Shown here one piece after another: positions 47,647-57,407 of a stretch of DNA of 64,000 bases. The notes below the pieces were generated by a model, which searched no databases, was not told the DNA's origin, and saw nothing but the letters and a program-made list of their open reading frames with translations. The position numbers and the translations under genes were made by a program. The stretch spans positions 26,245 to 90,244 of the IMG/VR virus record IMGVR_UViG_3300020577_006051; one strand, 5' to 3'. Position 1 is the first letter of the stretch, and each line of letters opens with the position of its first letter. Source of the stretch: a virus (lineage: Duplodnaviria > Heunggongvirae > Uroviricota > Caudoviricetes).

Positions 47647-48575
47647 TCGTTAAAAGCAGCTACGACTGGTTCCGCCAGCTGGACGCCTTGTTCAGCTGGT
47701 TTTTCTTTTTGCTCTTCTTTGATCTCTTTTTCTACAAAAACCTTAGAGTCGAACTTCTCGTGAGGAGTGTGGATCTCGATTTTGGTTGGCAACTTAGATT
47801 CGTTGATGCGACTATAAATCTTTCTTACAACTTTAGCAAGTTCAGCCTTATCTACTTCCTTATTGAGTAAAGCAATACGCATACGACGAAGATTACCGCG
47901 CTTCTTAGGTTCTATGATCTTGTCTGCTAAACCTAGTTGAACTACTTCTTCTGCGCTCAAATAACAGTCACGTTTGACGATTACATTATAGAATTCTTCT
48001 GGCATGCGAGAGTTGTCTGCATATAGCTTATTAAGCATCTTCTGCATACGCTCTTCTTCTTCGTAGTCGATCTTATTGTCTGTTAATTTGATAGGCTTAT
48101 TATTTTCTTCTGCAAAAGATGGGCTGTCGTGAAGGAGAACGATTGTGTTCTTATGTAAGAATCGCTCGTCACATACTGCCATTACCCAAGTTGCAGCAGA
48201 CATGATTCGACCAGAGCCGATGAACTTGAACTGACATGGAGAATGTTCAATAATATCAACAAGACGAAGCATGTCGTAAGGGTCACCGCCGGAAGACGAC
48301 ATATGCAGTTCAATTGGCTTAGTTGGAGCTTCAGTTTCTAAGATGTGGATAGCTCTGATCATTTTCTCGACAGACTTCCAGTCAAAGCCTCCACCACCCT
48401 CATCATCAGGGCCAAAGTAGAGCTTTCTTCCTTTTAGGTCTATTCCAGAATTAATCCAGGAATCTAACTGGTTTGAATCAATGGCCATTGTGCTTCCTAA
48501 ATAAATGATAAAATAGGCTAAGGCAATTATACCAACTAAGATGGTCGACCGTGTATCCAAAAGAGATAGTATCAC
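47643..48575 (-). CDS. membrane-anchored ClpP/S49-fold serine peptidase
   Basis: IELHMSSSGGDPYDM ... GRIMSAATWV ... VLLHD ... LGLADKII; N-terminal TM; minus strand. Confidence 0.7.
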   Translation of the reverse strand: MILSLLDTRSTILVGIIALAYFIIYLGSTMAIDSNQLDSWINSGIDLKGRKLYFGPDDEGGGGFDWKSVEKMIRAIHILETEAPTKPIELHMSSSGGDPYDMLRLVDIIEHSPCQFKFIGSGRIMSAATWVMAVCDERFLHKNTIVLLHDSPSFAEENNKPIKLTDNKIDYEEEERMQKMLNKLYADNSRMPEEFYNVIVKRDCYLSAEEVVQLGLADKIIEPKKRGNLRRMRIALLNKEVDKAELAKVVRKIYSRINESKLPTKIEIHTPHEKFDSKVFVEKEIKEEQKEKPAEQGVQLAEPVVAAFND

Positions 48576-49003
48576 TAATACTGGACGTTATGATAAAACG
48601 TTTTAAAGATAACCCTGAGTGTTTTAGAATACTTAGTTATAATGATTTATCTCTCATGATATGGGAAAATAAGATCGAAGTCGACGACAAGATGGTGCCA
48701 GATCCCAACGATAGTCGAACAGCTATGAGTGTAACTGTTGCTCGCTATAGTCACTTAACTTGGACTATAACTGTAAGCTCTTACCGCGACCATCTAGAAG
48801 TAAAAGAAGACATCTTCTATATTCTCAATAAGAAACCCGAGACAACTGTAGAATATTCGGTATCTGTATTGAATATCTTCAGTAGCCATCTAAGAAAAAC
48901 AAAGCTACTGCGAAAACTTATTAAGAACAAAGACAACATACTTGCTCTAAAAAGAATGAGTAAAATCTTTCCTGACATATTGGATTCCAAGATATTTAAA
49001 TAA
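48551..49003 (+). CDS. hypothetical protein
   Basis: 150-aa ORF. Confidence 0.45.
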   Translation: MYPKEIVSLILDVMIKRFKDNPECFRILSYNDLSLMIWENKIEVDDKMVPDPNDSRTAMSVTVARYSHLTWTITVSSYRDHLEVKEDIFYILNKKPETTVEYSVSVLNIFSSHLRKTKLLRKLIKNKDNILALKRMSKIFPDILDSKIFK

Positions 49004-49009
49004 ATCCGA

Positions 49010-49017
49010 TATAAATA
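49010..49017 (+). promoter_or_regulatory. TATAAATA box (T4-late-promoter-like)
   Basis: TATAAATA 18 nt upstream of the 49035 ATG; a gp55-like sigma is encoded at 57866. Confidence 0.25.
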
Positions 49018-49034
49018 ACATTTATGGAGGATAT

Positions 49035-49319
49035 ATGAAAGTTGAAACGATCGAAGAGTTCTTAGCTCGCGGTGGTAAACCAGAGATCATTCCGTATCAG
49101 GATCCGAAGAATGTTAAAGATCTTGCATTCAGTACTCGCACTAACTTAAATTCCCCACCTTCCAACAACTTCATCTCATTTGGTGAAGCTGATCTCTTCC
49201 ATGGTGAGATCCGTAAAGGTTCTAAGCCAAAGAAGCAAAAACCCGAAACAAAAATCGATGTCAGCATGTTACCAGAAGCGCTACGCAAAAAATATTGCCA
49301 GGGGTTGTTAGATGAATGA
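49035..49319 (+). CDS. hypothetical protein
   Basis: 94-aa ORF with GGAGG SD. Confidence 0.5.
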   Translation: MKVETIEEFLARGGKPEIIPYQDPKNVKDLAFSTRTNLNSPPSNNFISFGEADLFHGEIRKGSKPKKQKPETKIDVSMLPEALRKKYCQGLLDE

Positions 49320-49563
49320 TATTCCACCGTACAAAGAAGGTTTTGTAACGATCCAACTTCACAAGAAGGATCTTGAGACATTGATCGAGCTGTTGAATGT
49401 TACTACACAGACATATCAGAACGTTATCGCTAGTGCTCGTGACTTGAATGATGCTAAGTCAGTTGACACTTACACAGTTCGCGCTAAGTTGTCTTCTATG
49501 TTCTGTGAAGTGTTGAGTGAACAAACTGTCATTGCTGAACCAGAATCACGCGAATCTCATTAA
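49312..49563 (+). CDS. hypothetical protein
   Basis: 83-aa ORF. Confidence 0.5.
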   Translation: MNDIPPYKEGFVTIQLHKKDLETLIELLNVTTQTYQNVIASARDLNDAKSVDTYTVRAKLSSMFCEVLSEQTVIAEPESRESH

Positions 49564-49611
49564 TAATCCGAAACAATAAACGTCAGAAATAAAATACACC
49601 AAGGAGGAAAG

Positions 49612-50739
49612 ATGAAACCGTCTCACATTTTGAAAGTTTTAGATGTCGCTAAGAAAGCCCGCGCAATCGGTCAAGTATTTAACCCAATGTTTACAGGTGA
49701 TGCTGGCCTTGGTAAATCGCAGATCGTTCAGCAATGGGTTAAAGAACAACAGAAGACAAATCCAAACTTCGGATTCGTTGACCTTCGCATCGCATACATG
49801 GAAGCACCTGACTTGATCGGTCTTCCAGAAACTGAGATGGGCAAAGACGGTATCGTTCGCAGTAAGCACCGTTTACCTGAGTTCTTCCCTACAGATCCAG
49901 ACAGCGAAGGCCTACTCTTCCTTGAAGAACCAAACCGCGGCACGACAGGTGTTCTTAACTGTCTCATGCAAATCTTGACAGACCGTAAGATTCATAACTA
50001 CGAACTTCCAAAAGGTTGGATCATCGCAGCTGCAGTTAACCCAGACTCTTCTGAGTACGACGTTAATACAATGGATGCTGCTCTTAAAGACCGTTTCGAA
50101 TCTTTCGAAGTTGAATACGATGCTATGACATTCATGGACTTCATGGACAAAGCACAGTGGGACGACAAGGTTCAACGTTTCATCAGCTCAGGTATCTGGG
50201 TTTACAAGACTCCTGGCAATTTAGGTAAAGATGCTCAATACATCTCGCCTCGTACTTGGTCTAAAGTAAACGCAGTTGAGAAAGCTGGTGTTCACGAGAA
50301 TCGTCAATTACATCGTCTAACTGTTCTTTCGATCTTAGGCAAAGATATCGGCAATGAATACCACAAGTATTGCTACGACCAAGCTCCTGTTACTGCTGAA
50401 GACATCTTGAAGAATCAAAAAGACGCATTCAAGAAACTCAAAGAGCAATCAGACACAAACACCTATAAAGGCGACATGATCGCTGCAACAGTTGAGTCTA
50501 TCGTTAAGAACTACGGTGGAGATGCTAAGAACTGTAAGCCAAATCAGATCAGCGAAGATGTCATGGCTGAAGTTGCTAAGATCATCCCAGCTGACCACGC
50601 AGTTAACTTGATCAAGGAATGTGGTTTCAAATCTTCGAAGGGTCAGATCTCGAGCTTCTTCCAAGAGTTTGTTAAGCGTCACCCAGAGCTTGTAAAAGTT
50701 CTCAAGGACAATATCAAGATCACGCGCGCGATCAAGTAA
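49612..50739 (+). CDS. MoxR/CbbQ-type AAA+ ATPase
   Basis: Walker A FTGDAGLGKSQIVQ; Walker B/sensor LLFLEEPNRGTTGVLNCLMQILTDRKI. Confidence 0.75.
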   Translation: MKPSHILKVLDVAKKARAIGQVFNPMFTGDAGLGKSQIVQQWVKEQQKTNPNFGFVDLRIAYMEAPDLIGLPETEMGKDGIVRSKHRLPEFFPTDPDSEGLLFLEEPNRGTTGVLNCLMQILTDRKIHNYELPKGWIIAAAVNPDSSEYDVNTMDAALKDRFESFEVEYDAMTFMDFMDKAQWDDKVQRFISSGIWVYKTPGNLGKDAQYISPRTWSKVNAVEKAGVHENRQLHRLTVLSILGKDIGNEYHKYCYDQAPVTAEDILKNQKDAFKKLKEQSDTNTYKGDMIAATVESIVKNYGGDAKNCKPNQISEDVMAEVAKIIPADHAVNLIKECGFKSSKGQISSFFQEFVKRHPELVKVLKDNIKITRAIK

Positions 50740-50760
50740 TAAGCAAGTCTCACTCACTAA

Positions 50761-50793
50761 AAGGTGACCAACTCGGTCACCTTATTTTTTATT
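50761..50793 (+). terminator. rho-independent terminator
   Basis: 9-bp stem AAGGTGACC/GGTCACCTT with AACTC loop, then ATTTTTTATT. Confidence 0.8.
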
Positions 50794-50855
50794 AAAAGTA
50801 CAATTAAGTTAAGATTTATCCGAAATTAACGGATGGTACGGAGGATACATACCTT

Positions 50856-52265
50856 ATGAGTTCAAAAATTCGTTCTAATTCAGAGATCAACAAGAATCTA
50901 TTAGACAAAGAATTTGTAGAAGTAGAAGAAAAAAGTCGTTGTTTGGCTACCACTATCTTCAATACCGTTAAGTACCATCCATTTATGGGTTCAGTTCTTC
51001 AGTGCTTGAACATCAGCTACAGCCACGCTTTACCAACAGCTGGCATCATGTTCAACACAGACCATAAACGCTGGGATATGCTCGTCAATCCTTATTTCTT
51101 CTGTAAGAAATTAAACGACGCACAACGTAAAGCCGTATTCATCCACGAGCTCAGTCACATCACGCATAAACATCCAATGCGCGTTCCTTTCTTAAAGATC
51201 AGTCCACGCAAGCGCATGCTCATGAATATTGCTGCAGACATGGCAATCAATCAATTCATCCAAGATCTTCCTAATGGTTGTCCACAATGTCCACCAATTC
51301 ATCAACCAGCTAAGTGCACCAACGAGATGTGTCCCGGTCGATGTATCGATGTCAAAGATTACTTCGATCAAGATGAGAACGGCACCAAGACTGCTTGGAG
51401 TCGTAATCAGACGATGGAATATTACTATGACAAATTAGTAAAACGTTTGGACGATCCAAACGACGACAGTGGGGACGGCGAAGGTGAAGGTAGTGGAAAT
51501 GCAGGTGGCGGAGCTAACACTAGTGATCTACCAGACACCATCGATGAGCATATGTGGGATGGAGCATCTGAAGAGAAAGAAATGCTCGATGCTACAGAAG
51601 AACTTATGAAACGTGCGATGGTTAAAGCTCGTCTATCCTACGACGATCTACCAGGACACATTAAAGATCTATTGGAAGACATTAAGACTCGTCGCGCTGA
51701 ACTAAACTACAAAGCGTTGATCATGTCCGCTCTCAAACGCCATGCAAGCGGTCACGATCGCAAGTCAACATGGACACGCAAGTCTAAACGGTTCGGCTTC
51801 AAAGCACCTGGCACAAAGATCGGTGATCTACCTAAGTTACGTGTCTACTGCGACACTTCAGGTTCGATTTCCGTTGAAGAGTTAAATGAGTTCTTGCAGA
51901 TTGTAGATAACTTCTTGAAAGTAGGATCGCGTAAGTGTGAGATCTCTTTCTTTCACACTAAGAACTACGGACATCAACAATACAAACTTGGCTACAAGAT
52001 CGACCGCAAAGAAATTCAATCAGGTGGTACAGAACTTACACCAGTGATGGAAGACATCTTGCGCAAAAAAGCAGATTTCAACGTGATCATCACGGACGGT
52101 TGCTACGATGACGTTAAAGTAGATGAGAAGATGCGACCTGGACAAAAGTTCCCTCAGACTCTATTCATCATCAGTAAAGGGGGCGTCGCAGATCATCCTT
52201 TACAGAGATATGGTGAAACAGTCAAGGTACCTGATTCTGAATCTGGAAAAGGTCGCAAACGTTGA
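50856..52265 (+). CDS. VWA-domain protein with N-terminal HExxH metallopeptidase-like region (DUF2201-like MoxR partner)
   Basis: FIHELSHITHKH; MIDAS LRVYCDTSGSIS; adjacent to MoxR ATPase. Confidence 0.6.
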   Translation: MSSKIRSNSEINKNLLDKEFVEVEEKSRCLATTIFNTVKYHPFMGSVLQCLNISYSHALPTAGIMFNTDHKRWDMLVNPYFFCKKLNDAQRKAVFIHELSHITHKHPMRVPFLKISPRKRMLMNIAADMAINQFIQDLPNGCPQCPPIHQPAKCTNEMCPGRCIDVKDYFDQDENGTKTAWSRNQTMEYYYDKLVKRLDDPNDDSGDGEGEGSGNAGGGANTSDLPDTIDEHMWDGASEEKEMLDATEELMKRAMVKARLSYDDLPGHIKDLLEDIKTRRAELNYKALIMSALKRHASGHDRKSTWTRKSKRFGFKAPGTKIGDLPKLRVYCDTSGSISVEELNEFLQIVDNFLKVGSRKCEISFFHTKNYGHQQYKLGYKIDRKEIQSGGTELTPVMEDILRKKADFNVIITDGCYDDVKVDEKMRPGQKFPQTLFIISKGGVADHPLQRYGETVKVPDSESGKGRKR

Positions 52266-52897
52266 GCAATTTAACTATAGAAAAATTAAATAATTTGGTT
52301 GGCAAAAAGATTAGAATGTTGACTATAGTTAAATTCTCTCATACAACTAATGTCACACATAAAGATAGAATTAGAGTTAAATATTTTTATGAATGTAAAT
52401 GTGATTGCGGAAACATAACCATCGTTAACAGACAACATTTACTTCAAAAACTTGGCAAGTTAACTTATTCTTGCGGTTGCTATCAAAAAGAACAAAGCAA
52501 GATTGGACATGAAAAGCAAAAAGGCGTTGCAAGACCACATGTTCAAAAACCAAATGGAATCTCTGTCTCTCATACTATGTTTCTTGGATATAAAGCTGGC
52601 GCCAATAGAAGAAATATTAATTTTGATATAACAGAACACGAATTTGAAACAATAACAACTCAAAATTGTTTCTACTGCAATCAAGAACCTGTTGAAAAGA
52701 AAAAGAACAAAAGTGAACATGCAGTAAGAAAAATGAACGGTATCGATAGAATTAACTCTAATGTTGGTTATACAGTAAGCAATTGTGTGCCTTGTTGCAA
52801 AATATGTAATTACATGAAGCAAGAACTATCAACTTCTGAATTTTACGATCACTTATTAAAGATTGTACAATTCAAATCGTTGGGAGATAATAAATGA
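52262..52897 (+). CDS. HNH homing endonuclease, CxCDCG/HNH_3 family
   Basis: IRMLTIV...YECKCDCGNITIV...SCGC and NGIDRINSNVGYTVSNCVPCCKICNYMK; AT-rich. Confidence 0.8.
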   Translation: MSNLTIEKLNNLVGKKIRMLTIVKFSHTTNVTHKDRIRVKYFYECKCDCGNITIVNRQHLLQKLGKLTYSCGCYQKEQSKIGHEKQKGVARPHVQKPNGISVSHTMFLGYKAGANRRNINFDITEHEFETITTQNCFYCNQEPVEKKKNKSEHAVRKMNGIDRINSNVGYTVSNCVPCCKICNYMKQELSTSEFYDHLLKIVQFKSLGDNK

Positions 52898-53325
52898 GAA
52901 CCTACAACATCGCATCGATGACTTACGACTATAATCTTATGTATCTTATCCAGCAAACCACTGGTCAGGCTACAGAGGATATAGTCTCGTATCTATATGA
53001 AGTATCGAATGGAACGATCATTGAATCTCTCAAGACTACTAAAGCGCAGCGTCTAAGCAAGTGCATTAAGTATTTCTATCCCAACACACATATTCCAATC
53101 AAAATTAAACTTGATTCTCTACCATTCGCTTGGGGTGGAACTGTCCACTGTACGATTCACATCGAATTCTGCAACCAGCATCAGAAACTAACTTCAGAAG
53201 AACTTCAGTATCTTGCTCAAGCAAATCTAGAGAAGAACTTAGGCTTAAGTGAAGGTGTTAAGTTAGATAAAGTTGAGAAGATGAAGCTTAAAATTCCAAT
53301 CACGGCTAGAGAAATCATCAAATGA
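52894..53325 (+). CDS. conserved phage protein, family C (paralog of 54032..54514)
   Basis: shared MYLIQQTTG / VYLIQQQTK and FYPNTHIPIKIKLD / FFPGTDIPFSIEVD. Confidence 0.55.
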   Translation: MRTYNIASMTYDYNLMYLIQQTTGQATEDIVSYLYEVSNGTIIESLKTTKAQRLSKCIKYFYPNTHIPIKIKLDSLPFAWGGTVHCTIHIEFCNQHQKLTSEELQYLAQANLEKNLGLSEGVKLDKVEKMKLKIPITAREIIK

Positions 53326-53786
53326 TACAAGATGTTCTTAACAACATTTCAACAGTAGATCTAGTAAGTTTCTATCTTCCTAAGATCATCATAGCTACAA
53401 TCTGTGGCGGTGTCGTAGGTATTGAACGAGAGTTGAAACATAAAGTTGCAGGCATCAAGACCAACATCATAATCTGCGTTGGATCAACTTTATTTGCAGC
53501 TACTGCTTTCTTGCTGTATAGCTTAAATCCCAACATCGATCCAACTCGCATCATCTCCTACATCGTTAGCGGAATCGGTTTCTTAGGTGCTGGAGCTATC
53601 TTCCGCGGTGTTGAGAAGGTACAAGGACTTACGTCTGCTGCTTTGATTTGGATCTTGGCAGCCATCGGTATTCTCATTGCATCAGGTGGATACACCATCT
53701 CATTCTTAATCACTATTGGCTTAGTTGCTTTGATTTTAATATCTTCTCGAGTAGAAAAGAAATTGTTTCCAGAGGAGCATAAATGA
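53322..53786 (+). CDS. MgtC/SapB-family membrane protein
   Basis: IIATICGGVVGIERELKHKVAGIKTNIIICVGSTLF plus four TM helices. Confidence 0.7.
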   Translation: MIQDVLNNISTVDLVSFYLPKIIIATICGGVVGIERELKHKVAGIKTNIIICVGSTLFAATAFLLYSLNPNIDPTRIISYIVSGIGFLGAGAIFRGVEKVQGLTSAALIWILAAIGILIASGGYTISFLITIGLVALILISSRVEKKLFPEEHK

Positions 53787-54031
53787 TTGGTCTATTTCGC
53801 AAACAAACTAATCCATTTGATATCTTAAATAAAGAACTTCGTAGATGCCATAAGCAACTATCGAATTCTGATTCATCTCAAGATGCTGCGGTTTGGTTAA
53901 ACCGAATCAAAGATTTACATGAGATCTTGCGCGAACATGTTCAAAATATATCAGTAGAAAATGCTTCACTCAACAAGAAGATGGATGAGGTGAAGCAGAT
54001 GATCAAAGAATCTATGGAGTTTGGAGCTTAA
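53783..54031 (+). CDS. hypothetical protein
   Basis: 82-aa ORF, ATGA-coupled. Confidence 0.5.
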   Translation: MIGLFRKQTNPFDILNKELRRCHKQLSNSDSSQDAAVWLNRIKDLHEILREHVQNISVENASLNKKMDEVKQMIKESMEFGA

Positions 54032-54514
54032 ATGGCTTTCACTATCGACCGCATCGACAACTCGAATATCAGAATCAATCAAGGTTTGGTCTATCTTATT
54101 CAGCAGCAGACTAAACTATCTAGCGCCCAGATCCTTGGGTTTTTTAGCGATCTAGCTGGAGACATCATCAAGATCGGTGCAGAATACATGGTTGAAAAAG
54201 GTACTCGCAGCATGAAGAAGAAACTAGAAGACTTCTTCCCAGGAACTGATATTCCGTTCTCGATCGAGGTTGATGGTTCTCGCTGGCACTATTCTGGATT
54301 AGATATTCCTAACTCTTATGCCTTAACTTGCACCACAATGGTTGGATTCTCAACTGGCACAGACTACCAAGAGATCAAGAAGATCGAAGAAGCAGTAATG
54401 GAAACAATGCTGCTTGGTGCAGATTCTTTACCGCTATTCGAACGTCCCAAAACAAAAACCCCTAAACTTTACAAAGACTTAATGGAACAGATTAGAAAGA
54501 AACGTATGATATAA
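54032..54514 (+). CDS. conserved phage protein, family C (paralog of 52894..53325)
   Basis: see 52894..53325. Confidence 0.55.
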   Translation: MAFTIDRIDNSNIRINQGLVYLIQQQTKLSSAQILGFFSDLAGDIIKIGAEYMVEKGTRSMKKKLEDFFPGTDIPFSIEVDGSRWHYSGLDIPNSYALTCTTMVGFSTGTDYQEIKKIEEAVMETMLLGADSLPLFERPKTKTPKLYKDLMEQIRKKRMI

Positions 54515-54547
54515 TTAGTCTATCAACTTTCTAGCAGAGAGAAGTCA

Positions 54548-55159
54548 ATGGAAGAATTTATCACGTCAGAAGAAGTCGAATCACTCTCTAAGAGTGAGAT
54601 TGAAGAAATCGAAGAACTCGCTAAGAAATGTCCACGCTGTGGAGGCAAGTCTGCCAATCCCGGAAATCCTGCAGGTCGCTGCAGAGCTCATCTAAATAAA
54701 CTAGCAAAAGATAAGAAGACACCTGGTCACTGGCAACGTGCTCAAACCAAAGCCGATGATGCATTGCGTCGTCAGGATGGTAAGAACGGCACAGCTAGTC
54801 ATAAGTCAAGTGGACGCGGTTCACGCGAATCCATCGTTAAACAAACACAAGCAGCAGAGAAAAAGCACGGCCAAAAACTAAGTCCAGATCGTAAGGATAA
54901 CAGTAAAGGTTACGCTGCTAAGAACACGCGCATGGTTCCAGAGAAGCTGAATCGTGGTCGCCATACCGTAGATCCCAAAAAATTAAAAGCATGGAAGAGC
55001 CGCTTAAAGAAGTCTGAGATCAGCAATGAGTTGTTCTATACTTCCTTACTGGCTAAGGCTGCACAAGAAGACAATGAAGAGTTATTGACACTGCTACAGA
55101 CACTAACACCGGACGAAGCTGTCGAGCTTGTTGATTCACTGGAGATTCTGGACTCGTAA
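54548..55159 (+). CDS. zinc-ribbon protein with degenerate HNH_3-like C-terminal module (cysteines lost)
   Basis: CPRCGG...CRAH; LSPDRKDNSKGYAAKNTRMVPEKLNRGRH follows the IDRxDNxxGYTxxNxxPCCxxCN pattern with C replaced. Confidence 0.5.
   Translation: MEEFITSEEVESLSKSEIEEIEELAKKCPRCGGKSANPGNPAGRCRAHLNKLAKDKKTPGHWQRAQTKADDALRRQDGKNGTASHKSSGRGSRESIVKQTQAAEKKHGQKLSPDRKDNSKGYAAKNTRMVPEKLNRGRHTVDPKKLKAWKSRLKKSEISNELFYTSLLAKAAQEDNEELLTLLQTLTPDEAVELVDSLEILDS
55085..55099 (+). promoter_or_regulatory. intragenic near-copy of the conserved box (TTGACACTGCTACag)
   Basis: 13/15 match at the 3' end of 54548..55159, ~75 nt upstream of the next gene. Confidence 0.3.
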
Positions 55160-55169
55160 AGGAGCTAGA

Positions 55170-55622
55170 TTGGGTACTAAAGCTGATTTCTATATCAAAC
55201 GTGGCGAAGAATTAGAATGGCGTGGAAGCATCGAATGGGACGGACAAGAAGATAAAATACCTGAGAACATACTAAGAGCTACTAACGAACAAGAATTTCA
55301 AGAAAATCTGGATGCTTTCTTCAAGAGAAAGCCTGACTCTGTTGGTCCAGACAAGCCATGGCCATGGCACTACGACTCATCTAAGTTTACAGACTTCTGC
55401 TACATCATGTGGGAAGAGAAGGGTAAACTCGTAATCTCGCACTTCAACAGCCAAACGTACACTATCTATCAATATAGAAAGTATATGGAACGTATGAAAG
55501 CGGATAAGGATAACATGGAGAACTTCGATTCTTACTTGAAGAAAGTGGGCGATTTCAGACCAGTGTTTCCTATCATGAACAAACTTATGGCTGCTCTTAA
55601 GCAGAACACCGAAAAGAAATAA
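55170..55622 (+). CDS. hypothetical protein
   Basis: in frame with listed 55128..55622; TTG at 55170 sits 5 nt after a perfect AAAGGAG SD. Confidence 0.45.
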   Translation: MGTKADFYIKRGEELEWRGSIEWDGQEDKIPENILRATNEQEFQENLDAFFKRKPDSVGPDKPWPWHYDSSKFTDFCYIMWEEKGKLVISHFNSQTYTIYQYRKYMERMKADKDNMENFDSYLKKVGDFRPVFPIMNKLMAALKQNTEKK

Positions 55623-55662
55623 GATCGTACAATAACAATATCTGAGAATCAAGAGGAACATC

Positions 55663-56178
55663 ATGACTGTGTTGCTATTCGTTTATGTGTTTGTAATGGG
55701 TTTCGCGATGGGATTTTTAGTACAAAACCTTATCGAATACTATCGTGCAAAGCAACGTAAGAAAGCAGTCACTAAGTTAATAGATGCTATTAAAAAATAC
55801 GCGTCTAACGTAACAGACAACATTCCTGAATCAGTTCTTGAGCGCCTTAAGCGAGCACAGAAGATCGAGTCAGAACAGCTAGAGATGGCGTATGCAAACG
55901 AAGGTCCCCAGCGCGGTATCTTAGACGGTCGCAGCCGCAACCAGATCTCTGGTCAGATTAAGAAGCTGTCAGAAGAAAAATTAGAACTATTACAATCTAT
56001 CTTGAGAGAAGGTCACGATCCGTCGATTACCGTAATGAACGAAGGTAAACGCGAGAACATGAAACTTTCTGAGTACATGAAATTGAACAACAAGGTATAT
56101 TCTGAAGATACGGCCGAAGAAAAACCCGTAGAGAAACCAAAGACTAAGTTAACCCTCGTTAAGAATAAGGATGAGTGA
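55663..56178 (+). CDS. membrane-anchored hypothetical protein
   Basis: N-terminal TM helix then charged helical region. Confidence 0.5.
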   Translation: MTVLLFVYVFVMGFAMGFLVQNLIEYYRAKQRKKAVTKLIDAIKKYASNVTDNIPESVLERLKRAQKIESEQLEMAYANEGPQRGILDGRSRNQISGQIKKLSEEKLELLQSILREGHDPSITVMNEGKRENMKLSEYMKLNNKVYSEDTAEEKPVEKPKTKLTLVKNKDE

Positions 56179-56645
56179 TGCCAAATACTGTAGCCATCGT
56201 CACTAGTCGATGTTTCGTACTAGCAAAAGCAATCAACAATATCGTGATTCGCCCAAACATGGATCACTACGGTAGCAAACCAGTAATGTTCTACGACATC
56301 CATATCGACTATATTCCAGAAGATCATGGTAATCAAAACAACAGCCATCGTAACGGCGAAGGTCAAAATGTTGTAGTTGTTCGTGTTCGCGGTGAACAAT
56401 CTGCTCTAAAGTTATTCAAAGAGTTGGTTCAACAGATGCGCGAGCAGATGCCAGATCAAGTTTATCTAGATAAGATGGTCGAGAACATCTTAGACGGTAA
56501 GAAAGATATCTTTGACGCTGCAGAAGAACAAGAGAAAGTTAAGGTTCGTCTTCGTAAAGACATCGATAAAGCACTCAGGAAACTTGGTAAATCTAAACCC
56601 ACCAAGAAGAAAACTGTCAAGAAAAAAGCTAAAAAGAAAAAATAA
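56175..56645 (+). CDS. hypothetical protein with lysine-rich tail
   Basis: ends KSKPTKKKTVKKKAKKKK. Confidence 0.5.
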   Translation: MMPNTVAIVTSRCFVLAKAINNIVIRPNMDHYGSKPVMFYDIHIDYIPEDHGNQNNSHRNGEGQNVVVVRVRGEQSALKLFKELVQQMREQMPDQVYLDKMVENILDGKKDIFDAAEEQEKVKVRLRKDIDKALRKLGKSKPTKKKTVKKKAKKKK

Positions 56646-56678
56646 TCCGATCGTATCCCTTCTATGGAGGGATATCAG

Positions 56679-57407
56679 ATGTCAGTTTTCCAAGATAAAA
56701 TTTACAAACAGATGGATTGGCTCTCTCAAGCAACAGAGCCATATCAACTTAAGATAATCACTGCACTAGCAGAATTACCAGAAGTAGTTGAATTATCATA
56801 TAAAGATATCATGATGCTGGTGTCTAAAAACTACAGTTCAGAACTCAATCCACATAATGTAATATCAAAAATGTTCCCTGAAATTTCAGCTCGCTTTAAC
56901 TTTGATGAAAGAGTTATGTTTCGAAATGTTACAAAATGCTTCAATGTTGGCATGAGCGAAGGTGCATACTTGGACTTTGAGGAGGGTAAGTTACACGGTT
57001 CGGTTACCATTATCAAGATAAAAGATCACTTTACGGATATGGAATGTAGAGAACTGATAGCCAGTGAATGTTTAGATAAATTGTCTCTACTAGATCCTAC
57101 TTTAGCAAAAGCAGGCAGAATGAAAGCCGTTCTTGAAATCATAGGAATTCCTGTGGTTGCAGACGACTTTGAGCCAGATCAAAAAGAATCGCCATACGTT
57201 ATCAGATCTATCTTGTCAAAGAAGATGAGAACTCTAATTCTAGAAGATAAGATTCGCTTTAGAACTTTACAAGCAGCTAACACTTTCATGGATAACGTAC
57301 GAGGATACGTAAATGAGATGAAAGAGTCTAGTCTAGCTAACATAATGAAAGTAGTTATAATAGCTAGAAACAATCAGCCTATATACATAGGAGATGAAGA
57401 TGTATAA
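56679..57407 (+). CDS. hypothetical protein
   Basis: in frame with listed 56664..57407; ATG at 56679 follows a GGAGGG SD. Confidence 0.5.
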   Translation: MSVFQDKIYKQMDWLSQATEPYQLKIITALAELPEVVELSYKDIMMLVSKNYSSELNPHNVISKMFPEISARFNFDERVMFRNVTKCFNVGMSEGAYLDFEEGKLHGSVTIIKIKDHFTDMECRELIASECLDKLSLLDPTLAKAGRMKAVLEIIGIPVVADDFEPDQKESPYVIRSILSKKMRTLILEDKIRFRTLQAANTFMDNVRGYVNEMKESSLANIMKVVIIARNNQPIYIGDEDV

